Source: Candidatus Heimdallarchaeota archaeon
GTDB lineage: Archaea > Asgardarchaeota > Heimdallarchaeia > Heimdallarchaeales > Heimdallarchaeaceae
Assembly (NCBI GenBank): GCA_016840095.1
Contig: JAEOSZ010000111.1
Span: 77,258 to 101,257 of the forward strand
DNA: 24,000 nucleotides
Direction of reading: 5' to 3'
Under the pieces are notes generated by a model, which was not told where the DNA came from, ran no database searches, and worked only from the letters and a program-made list of their open reading frames with translations. The translations under genes and the position numbers were made by a program. Positions 15,538 through 22,620 of this stretch are shown here, piece by piece (within the stretch, counting starts at the first letter, position 1; each line of letters begins with the position of its first letter).

Positions 15538-15888
15538 TCATTCTTCTTCTGTTTGAAATTTGATGTAATAAGAACCATCTTTATTTCGACTTATAATTGG
15601 TTTAGTGTCACCATTTTCTGTAAGTAATTTTTCTATATCTACTTCAAAAATTCCTTCACTTGTAAGTCTGATTGCTTCTAGTCCATCTTTTATATCAGTT
15701 TGATGAATCTCTTTCTCGACAATAAGATCAAGTTCTTCCTCTTTCTTCTGGTCAGTAGATCTTTCCTTATAGGTTTTGAATTTAAATGACCCACAATGTG
15801 GGCATCCATTAAGTAGAATTTGACTGTTCAATTCAAGTTCTTGTTCGCATAATGCACAAATTGTGATTTTATTAGATGGATTTGACAT
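15538..15888 (-). CDS. Zn-ribbon protein, DUF2072-like (resembles the haloarchaeal OapC type)
   Basis: The N-terminal ribbon CALCEQEL...CPHCGS is followed by an acidic linker and a conserved-looking C-terminal domain (GLEAIRLTSEGIFEVDIEKLL...GSYYIKF). ATG at 15888; the track uses the ATG at 15900. The family name is from memory only. Confidence 0.5.
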   Translation of the reverse strand: MSNPSNKITICALCEQELELNSQILLNGCPHCGSFKFKTYKERSTDQKKEEELDLIVEKEIHQTDIKDGLEAIRLTSEGIFEVDIEKLLTENGDTKPIISRNKDGSYYIKFQTEEE

Positions 15889-15916
15889 ATAATCACACAT
15901 TCTTCTTGTTTATCAT

Positions 15917-16777
15917 TTATTCAAGTTTAATACTAGAATTATATAGGAAAGGACCTCTATGATCACATTTTGGACATCCTTTTCTTTCTAATTCTTCTAT
16001 AGTATTGAAACCTCCTTCAGAACCAACAGTAAAGACTTCACCACATATCGTTTTACAGCTATAAGTTTGCAACTTACTATTACTCTCTCTATAATACATC
16101 GGTCCATAATAGTGATTAGGAATTGTTTCTTTTGAATTTGCTTTTACTTTGATAATGTACATATCTGATACAGATTTGTTCAGTGGTGTATCATGTTCAT
16201 ATGTATTGAAGTCTGTTTTTTTCTCTTCAATTTCTAAGTTCATTTTCTCAATCAATTTTTCTAGAATACACATCCTTTCATCTTGAATATCAAAGGAAAG
16301 GAAAATTTTGGAGGATGTATTCTTGTTTGCACATTGAACAGCTCTTGTTAAACCTATTTCCAATCCTTCCTCAGTCATTGGAGGTTCAAGAAAGATATAG
16401 TCGAATTGATCTTTGAGAATAATTATCATTCTGATTCTAATATCATGGTTTACATATCTTATAGATCTGATTTTTTGCTTAACTTTCATATTAAAAACGA
16501 TTTCAGGTATTCGTTTGTCAATGTCTAAAACTGCTAAATCCTTTGGTTTTGAAAGAACTCCGATAGGTAAAGAAGTCAAGTCCATATCTCCTAGAAAAAT
16601 TATCCTCTTTCCATTATATTCATCAGGATTTATAACTAGAGCTCTCTCTAAACTCGAGCTTTTTGTAACAAAATATTGATCAAGCTCCTTATTTGGTGTC
16701 CCTCGCAGTTCATTCAATTCAAGAAAAGCTTTGTCAATTTTTTCAAAAAGCTCATCTTTTCCTGGATTTATACTCAT
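15917..16777 (-). CDS. BpsA/DUF43-family aminopropyltransferase-like protein with a C-terminal zinc ribbon
   Basis: Collinear with remembered T. kodakarensis BpsA. QYFVTKSSSLERALVINPDEYNGKRIIFLGDMDLTSLPIGVLSKPKDLAVLDIDKRIPEIV aligns with QAYVTPETTVARVALMHSRGDLENKEVFVLGDDDLTSVALMLSGLPKRIAVLDIDERLTKFI. FDYIFLEPPMTEEGLEIGLTRAV aligns with FDTFITDPPETVEAIRAFVGRGI. The C-terminus has CKTICGEVF...CPKCDHRG. Confidence 0.6.
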   Translation of the reverse strand: MSINPGKDELFEKIDKAFLELNELRGTPNKELDQYFVTKSSSLERALVINPDEYNGKRIIFLGDMDLTSLPIGVLSKPKDLAVLDIDKRIPEIVFNMKVKQKIRSIRYVNHDIRIRMIIILKDQFDYIFLEPPMTEEGLEIGLTRAVQCANKNTSSKIFLSFDIQDERMCILEKLIEKMNLEIEEKKTDFNTYEHDTPLNKSVSDMYIIKVKANSKETIPNHYYGPMYYRESNSKLQTYSCKTICGEVFTVGSEGGFNTIEELERKGCPKCDHRGPFLYNSSIKLE

Positions 16778-16821
16778 TAAGATTGGCTTATTATACTAAT
16801 TTAAAAAAGGTTCGCTGCATC

Positions 16822-19089
16822 TTAAGAAAGAAAAGTTAGCTGTTTTAGAACGTTAAATAATTCATCGATTGGAAGCTTCTGTAATTTCTCATTTTCTCTT
16901 GTTTTTCTGTCTAATTCTTTAAGCAAAATACTGAACTCGTAGGCTGATTTAGATAATTGTGCAAATGTTGAATCATATTGAGCAATTGATTGTAAATGAT
17001 CACTAGCATCCTTTGCTGCCTTAGCACCATCGTTAAAGTGAGAAGCAGCTTTGTAATTTTCCTTATTTGTATTTGCACCAATTCCGAAAATTGCTTTTTT
17101 GGTTGCTTCAAGAAAATCAGTTAGAGCTAGCGATAGAATCTTCTTAATTTCTATTGCACCCCAATTAATATTTGAATCTTGTAAATTAAACATCTCCTTG
17201 TGATTCAACAACTCCAAACAATTTTCTGCAATTCGTTTGTTGATTATATCAAATAGTGCAAAATGATTGAAATTATGGTTGATTATGGCAAAATAATTTT
17301 CCTTGATAGAATCTTCTCCAGAAAGAGATAATCTATATCCTTTGGCAATTTTATCGATTACTGTATTCAAAAACAAATATTGTCTTGATAGTTCAAACAA
17401 CCGCAATTCTACATCTTGTCCTTGAATAAATGTTTGACTATACCTGTGCTCTACCCACTCTTTATCAATAATTGATTCACTACTGAGTTGAGATATTTCA
17501 AGAGCCTTTGTAGAGTAATAATGAGCTTTTGCATGATATATTATATCCAAAACTTCGTTTGATTCTTTTTCTGCAAGATTTTGTTCTAAATACATAGAAT
17601 TAGCTAAAAACTCCAAACACTCTATGTCTTTTACAATGTAAACTTTCTTTTCTGTTTTAGGAAGAAAGTATGCAGAAATTTTTACTGTTCCTATATTCTC
17701 TAACAGAGGTTGGATATCATCAAGTTTTATTTTAGTATCTGCTTTCTCTATTTCTATTAATTGTGTAGAAATATCATTGATTGCATATTCCAGTCTTTCA
17801 ATAAAACGAACAAGATTCTGTTCTGCTTTTTTCATTGCTTCAGAGAGAGGAGTATCTTCAAGAAGAGCAATTTTAAGTTCTTGAACAAAATTAAGATAAA
17901 CAAAGGGGAGACTACTAACATAGTTGATATTTACTTTCAGATCTGGTCTGTTAACAATTTCTTCAATTTCTTCAACAATACCTTGGATATTTTCCTTTTT
18001 GTTATCTGTTATAGTACTGTTCAACAAAGAGGTTTTAGCAGCCAGTTCTGCAATTCCATGAAAGAAGCTATGTACTGTTTGATCTTTCTTTATACCTTCT
18101 TTCAGAGCTAAGGTCCTTTCGGTCATTTCTACATTAGAATCTAAGATTGTTAGTGCCTCTCCTTCAAGTCCCAAAACTAAGTTCAAGTACTCTACACTTG
18201 CAATAAAACTATTACTTTTAGCTGCTTCAAAGCTCAATCTTAAATAATGATCTATAAGTTCCTTGTTTCTTTGAGCTTGGTTTAAAGAGATGTGGCTAGT
18301 TTCAATTTCTTTTCCTTTTAATTCTGGATCTTCAGGAATTTGCTTATAATAATCTAGTGCGGTTTCAAGGTGACTTAAGCTTCTCTCAAATGCAAAATGA
18401 GTGGCTACTGAATCTTTCCACCACCAATCTTCTCCTAATCGTTTTAGAAATTGTGCAGTGAATGATACATCAAATTCTGCCATAATTAGTTCATAAGCAC
18501 CTTTTTCCTCAATTAATTTCTCTTCACTATAACCGTTTGGTGATTCTTCTAGTAGATGAATAATCTGTTGTTTTTGATTAAGCAAAAGGAAAGTTAGCAT
18601 CACTTCTTCAATATTTGAAGCTCTTGGATGAGAGGAGTCAAAATAGGTTTGTGAAATAGTGTTGAGTATTCTATATCCTTCGATATATGCAGTACAATAT
18701 TCAGGTGATGGTTGAGTTCCAAAAATTCCTGTATTTACAATATCTGCATAAATGATCATTAGAATTGCTAGTTCCATTTGAAACTCTTGTAAATCTTCTA
18801 ATTTTTGAGTAATTATGCCTTTTCTCTCCTCATCTGCATCTATTTGTACTCTGTCTCTTGTCCATTCATCCAGAAAACGACTATAGAGAAGATGAGATAA
18901 TGAAGAAACATTCGAAAGAGTATCAGCACAGAATCGCGAAAAATCTAACCAAACTTGACTAATTTCATCCAAATCATCAATTTGTACAAAAGATTGGTAA
19001 ATTCTTTCACGTTCTAATTCCATTAATACAAACTGCTTGAATGGTGAATCACTAAGTAGCTTGACTATCTCTTTCGAAAATAACATCAT
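16822..19089 (-). CDS. Large (755 aa) predicted all-alpha-helical protein of unknown function
   Basis: Uninterrupted 2.27-kb ORF with an ATGATG start, in the same orientation as its flanking genes. I recognise no catalytic, nucleotide-binding, transmembrane or signal motifs. The composition (high L/E/K/I/N with regular helix-favouring spacing) suggests a helical-repeat or coiled-coil architecture. Confidence 0.7.
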   Translation of the reverse strand: MMLFSKEIVKLLSDSPFKQFVLMELERERIYQSFVQIDDLDEISQVWLDFSRFCADTLSNVSSLSHLLYSRFLDEWTRDRVQIDADEERKGIITQKLEDLQEFQMELAILMIIYADIVNTGIFGTQPSPEYCTAYIEGYRILNTISQTYFDSSHPRASNIEEVMLTFLLLNQKQQIIHLLEESPNGYSEEKLIEEKGAYELIMAEFDVSFTAQFLKRLGEDWWWKDSVATHFAFERSLSHLETALDYYKQIPEDPELKGKEIETSHISLNQAQRNKELIDHYLRLSFEAAKSNSFIASVEYLNLVLGLEGEALTILDSNVEMTERTLALKEGIKKDQTVHSFFHGIAELAAKTSLLNSTITDNKKENIQGIVEEIEEIVNRPDLKVNINYVSSLPFVYLNFVQELKIALLEDTPLSEAMKKAEQNLVRFIERLEYAINDISTQLIEIEKADTKIKLDDIQPLLENIGTVKISAYFLPKTEKKVYIVKDIECLEFLANSMYLEQNLAEKESNEVLDIIYHAKAHYYSTKALEISQLSSESIIDKEWVEHRYSQTFIQGQDVELRLFELSRQYLFLNTVIDKIAKGYRLSLSGEDSIKENYFAIINHNFNHFALFDIINKRIAENCLELLNHKEMFNLQDSNINWGAIEIKKILSLALTDFLEATKKAIFGIGANTNKENYKAASHFNDGAKAAKDASDHLQSIAQYDSTFAQLSKSAYEFSILLKELDRKTRENEKLQKLPIDELFNVLKQLTFLS

Positions 19090-19166
19090 TTATTGTTTCG
19101 CTGAATAGTAAAAAAACGTTTTGTAACTCTCTATTACAGCTAATGATGAAAAAGACTGTTTTCTTA

Positions 19167-19433
19167 CTAAGAATTAGTCTTCTCTTCTTTACCTTCTTTG
19201 TACCATTCTGGTTCTCTTAGCTCTCCAAGATTTTTATTAAACTCCTGAACAAGTTTTCTAGCTTGAGAATTTGTTTCAACAGCTATTTTTTCTACTTTAC
19301 TAAGATTGATTCTATGTTCACAGTATGGACACATTTTAGTTTTTTGAGTTGCTTTACAATAACTAAACTTCCCACAAGAAATTTTGATGCAGCGTATAAC
19401 ATAATATTCATTTCTAATACTATTACTCTCCAA
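19167..19433 (-). CDS. Small zinc-ribbon protein, DUF1922-like
   Basis: 88 aa. YYVIRCIKISCGKFSYCKATQKTKMCPYCEHRINL forms a 4-Cys ribbon (C..C ... CPYC), followed by a helical basic/acidic tail. The TTG start at 19433 overlaps the yjbQ-like stop by 11 nt. The family name is from memory. Confidence 0.5.
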   Translation of the reverse strand: MESNSIRNEYYVIRCIKISCGKFSYCKATQKTKMCPYCEHRINLSKVEKIAVETNSQARKLVQEFNKNLGELREPEWYKEGKEEKTNS

Positions 19434-19836
19434 CTATTGTGACTGCAACTCTTCGAGATCTAGGTCTAACATCTAAGCAAACAAACACTGGTTGTTGCCA
19501 TGTACCTAATTGTAATTTTCCATCTATTATTGATATCGAGATGCTTGGTCCAATTAAAGATGCTCGAAGATGGGAATGTGCATTAGAATCAATAAAATCA
19601 TGTTTATAGCCAGCTCCTTTTGGAATTAACTTGTGAAGTATTTGTTTAAAGTCATCTAAGACACCACTCTCATATTCTATTGTTGTTAAGGCACCAGTGG
19701 ATCCTATAGTATTTGCTGATAGAACTCCGTTTTTCACTGCTGATTTTGCAACTATTGAACTGAGCTCTCTTGTTAAATCAATGATATCGATTTCACCGTT
19801 TGTATTGAACTGAATAACCTTTGAGAGAACCTGCAT
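19423..19836 (-). CDS. YjbQ/UPF0047 family protein (secondary thiamine-phosphate synthase-like)
   Basis: EIDIIDLTRELSSIV, the GVLSANTIGSTGALTTIEYESGVLDDF pattern, NAHSHLRASLIGPSISISIIDGKLQLGTWQQPVFVCLD and RRVAVTIVG match the UPF0047 signature (NA.aHlka.l.g.s..ipv..G.l.LGtWQ.i.l.E.d). The ATG at 19836 is preferred over the GTG at 19845. Confidence 0.8.
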   Translation of the reverse strand: MQVLSKVIQFNTNGEIDIIDLTRELSSIVAKSAVKNGVLSANTIGSTGALTTIEYESGVLDDFKQILHKLIPKGAGYKHDFIDSNAHSHLRASLIGPSISISIIDGKLQLGTWQQPVFVCLDVRPRSRRVAVTIVGE

Positions 19837-19971
19837 TCTGAACACCTTGTTAATCTATGTCTTATCTATGTGATGTTTGTTAAAAATCAATCGGTAACAG
19901 AATTACTTTATCTATTGTGAAGACTTCCAAAAGAAATAAGAATTAGATTCGCACAATAGTTTTAGAGAAAC

Positions 19972-20676
19972 ATGTCAGACTCAGAAATAAAAATGAATAT
20001 TCTGATTGAAGAAGCAAATGCAAATTACAAAGCAAACAGATACAAAGATGCTGCAAGAACATTTGAACATCTTATTACTTTAGCTATTCAAAACAATGAA
20101 CTTGAAGAAGCTATATATTTTGCATATAGAGCAGCTGATTGCTGGAGGAAGAACAATAACACTATGAATAGAGCAGTTATTTTTAGAGATATAGGAAATA
20201 TGGCATGTAATTTTAGTGTTCAAATCATAGAAGCTTATTTATCAAAACTAAAGGATTTGGAGGAGAAAGCCAAAGCTCTTGAAATTGCTGGTGACTGTTT
20301 ATTGGGAAGGGACACAAAACTTGCTAAAGAAAGATATAATGAAAGCATTGATATCTATAATCAACTTGCAGAAAAGGATAAAGATTCAAACAAAAAGGTT
20401 CAGTTCTTAAGAGATGCCTTGGAAGTTACTATAAAACTTGATAACGCAAAAGCAAAGAAAGAACTAATGATAAGAATTGCGAACACTCATATTTCACTAT
20501 CAGAGGATGAAATGAAGAAAGACACACCTGAAGGAATACAAGTAGCTTTAAGATCCTATGAAGATGCCCTTGAGATGTTTAAAGAACTAAAAATGAAAGA
20601 AGATACTCAAGTAATCACAAAGAAAATAGCGGAATTAAAGAAGAAAGTAGAAGAATACGACCCATTTGCAACCTAG
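19972..20676 (+). CDS. TPR-like helical-repeat protein of unknown function
   Basis: 234 aa with an ATG start. Repeated helix-pair patterns (ANANYKANRYKDAARTFEHLI, LEEAIYFAYRAADCWRK, ALEIAGDCLLG, AKERYNESIDIYNQL, ALRSYEDALEMFKEL). No enzymatic motif. Confidence 0.6.
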   Translation: MSDSEIKMNILIEEANANYKANRYKDAARTFEHLITLAIQNNELEEAIYFAYRAADCWRKNNNTMNRAVIFRDIGNMACNFSVQIIEAYLSKLKDLEEKAKALEIAGDCLLGRDTKLAKERYNESIDIYNQLAEKDKDSNKKVQFLRDALEVTIKLDNAKAKKELMIRIANTHISLSEDEMKKDTPEGIQVALRSYEDALEMFKELKMKEDTQVITKKIAELKKKVEEYDPFAT

Positions 20677-20736
20677 ATTATATTCTCTTTGCAGAAATTT
20701 AGTGTTAATAACAATAGTATTTTTATTTCAGATAAC

Positions 20737-20748
20737 AAAAATATAAAA
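20737..20748 (+). promoter_or_regulatory. Candidate archaeal TATA box for the tRNA gene
   Basis: aaaaatataaaa is centred about 34 nt upstream of the mature tRNA 5' end (20777). This is compatible with a TSS a few nt upstream of the tRNA. It is AT-rich background, so specificity is low. Confidence 0.3.
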
Positions 20749-20776
20749 GAGTAAGATATTTAAACAAAAACAATCT

Positions 20777-20853
20777 GATCCCGTAGCTCAGTTGGATAGA
20801 GCGTTTGCCTCCTAAGCAAATGGTCGTGCGTTCGAATCGCATCGGGATCGCCA
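20777..20853 (+). tRNA. tRNA-Arg (anticodon CCU), genomically encoded 3' CCA, no intron
   Basis: Hand-folded cloverleaf. Acceptor GATCCCG/CGGGATC (7 bp). D-arm GCTC-AGTTGGATA-GAGC. Anticodon arm TTTGC-CTCCTAA-GCAAA (anticodon CCT). Variable loop TGGTC. T-arm GTGCG-TTCGAAT-CGCAT. Discriminator G, then CCA at 20851-20853. Confidence 0.9.
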
Positions 20854-20889
20854 ATCTTCTATTAAATTCCACCTAAAAAAGTGGTAGAA

Positions 20890-21432
20890 ATGAAACAATC
20901 TGTCTCAGTACAAATTCCAGTTTATATTAGTAACTTCAAAACATGTAATCCAAAAATCTGTACTGCAGTCAGAGTGCTAAAATTCAAGAAAGCTAAACCT
21001 ATTTTAATAGAACAGATTAATCCAAAACATATTGTTTTAACTCCTTTTGCAGAATATGCTTTATCTCCTATAGATAGGGAAAGAGCTAAGATTCATGGTT
21101 TAGTTGGTGTAGATTGTTCGTGGAATGATATAGAGGGGGGAAGAAAAGCTTTAGACAAAGGAACTGGTCGAGCTTTACCGTTTCTTATCGCTGCTAATCC
21201 CAATAATTATGGAACCCCTTCTAAACTCAGCACTCTTGAAGCTGTGGCATCAGCTTTGTATATACTAGGTTCAGAAAAGCAAAGTAGAGCTATGTTGTCT
21301 TTGGTAAGCTGGGGAAATGAATTCCATAAAATTAACGAAGACTATTTGAAAAAGTACTCTGAAGCGAACGATAGTAGTGATGTTATTAAAATACAGAAAA
21401 AGATAATGGATAAACTATATAATGAGAAATAA
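20890..21432 (+). CDS. tsr3: Tsr3-type 16S/18S rRNA aminocarboxypropyltransferase (DUF367 family)
   Basis: CNPKICTAVRVLKF (Tsr3 N-terminal C.pkkCT..kL), GLVGVDCSWNDI (lD.SW), RALPFLIAANPNNYGTPSKLSTLEAVASALYILG (R.LP.LvAaNPvNYG.p.kLs.vEAlaAaLyi.G). The ATG at 20890 is preferred over the GTG at 20881. Confidence 0.8.
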   Translation: MKQSVSVQIPVYISNFKTCNPKICTAVRVLKFKKAKPILIEQINPKHIVLTPFAEYALSPIDRERAKIHGLVGVDCSWNDIEGGRKALDKGTGRALPFLIAANPNNYGTPSKLSTLEAVASALYILGSEKQSRAMLSLVSWGNEFHKINEDYLKKYSEANDSSDVIKIQKKIMDKLYNEK

Positions 21433-21498
21433 ACAGCTTTTCTAGAAAATGTTCAGTTACAGAATTTTTTTTAATATGTGATTTCATTGAAGAGTGAT

Positions 21499-22620
21499 AT
21501 GAAAATAGGAATTAACTGCTTTCCAACTGTGGGCGGTTCAGGTATTGTTGCAACACAACTAGCTATCGAACTTGCCAAAAAAGGTCATGATATCCATCTT
21601 ATTAGTTACGACACCCCATTTTTACTAAGGACTTTTAGACACCCCAATATTACTCTAGATTTGGTTGACATTATTTCCTATCCCTTGTTTAAAGATATTG
21701 GAGCTCCTTATACAATTTTAGCTGGTTCAAAATTGGCAAAAATCGCAGAAAAATCTGATCTTGATTTACTTCATATACACTATGCTATTCCTACGGGAGT
21801 ATCTGCATATCTTGCAAAACAGATTTCTAATGTGCCTGTTGCAATTACTGCTCATGGTTCAGATATACATACACTAGGAATAGATCCAGCCTACAATCCT
21901 GTTATATCACATGTTTTTGATAACATTGATGGTTTGTCAACTGTATCAGAATACATGAAAAGGGAGATGGAAGAAAAATTTTCGCATAGTAAGGACATCG
22001 AGGTTTTATACAATCCTATTGATATTGAGAAGTACAAAAGAATAGATACTAAGCTTTGTGATTTTAGAATACAATATGAGAATAATTTTGTACATGTTTC
22101 AAACTTCAGACCTGTAAAAAATGCTCCATTTATCGTTGAATCATTTGCTGAAGTTGTAAAAGAACATCCTGATACAGGTTTAATTATGGTTGGAGAAGGA
22201 CCTGAGAGAAAGAAATGTGAAGAACTGGCAAACAAATTAAATATCAGAGATAATGTTATATTCCAAGGAGTAAGGGTTTCAATCACTCCAATCTATAACT
22301 GTGCTTCAGCTCTAATATCTGCCAGTAGCAATGAGAGTTTTGGTTTAACTTTAGCAGAAGCAATGTCTTGTGAAACTCCAGTTATTGCACCTAAAGTAGG
22401 TGGAATTCCAGAAGTAATAGACCATGAAATTAATGGCTATGTCTACGAATTAGGAAACAATGAAATGTTAACAAAATATATGCTAGAATTGCTAGAAGAT
22501 TCCCGAAAAGTAAGAGAGATGGGTGCTAAAGGTAGACAAAAAGTTGTAGAAAAATTTGAAGCAAGTAAAATTGCAGATAGATATGTTAATTGGTACGAAA
22601 GAATTCTTGAAGAACTATAA
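21499..22620 (+). CDS. bshA: GT4-family glycosyltransferase closely resembling BshA (N-acetyl-alpha-D-glucosaminyl L-malate synthase)
   Basis: Collinear with remembered B. subtilis BshA. [36 protein letters not shown] vs [56 protein letters not shown] vs [39 protein letters not shown] vs [28 protein letters not shown] vs HISNFRKVKR. VGEGPE vs [42 protein letters not shown] vs [36 protein letters not shown]. ATG at 21499; the track starts at a GTG at 21478. Confidence 0.8.
   Translation: [373 protein letters not shown]

Noticed and set aside
19143-19149. AUGAUGA C-box-like motif in the intergenic region downstream of the DUF1922-like gene and upstream of the 755-aa ORF; possible C/D box sRNA.
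   Set aside because: There is no CUGA D or D' box and no C' box within the following ~70 nt on that strand. The downstream sequence runs into the 3' end of the DUF1922-like coding region. A 7-mer match is expected by chance in AT-rich DNA.
19972-20676. Weak resemblance of the 234-aa TPR-like protein to alpha/gamma-SNAP (for example LEEAIYFAYRAADCWRK vs remembered alpha-SNAP IEEACEIYARAANMFKM).
   Set aside because: The pattern is generic to TPR-like helical hairpins. The protein is about 60 aa shorter than SNAPs, and I cannot support homology by eye. It would be worth including in an HHpred run, but it is not reportable as a finding.
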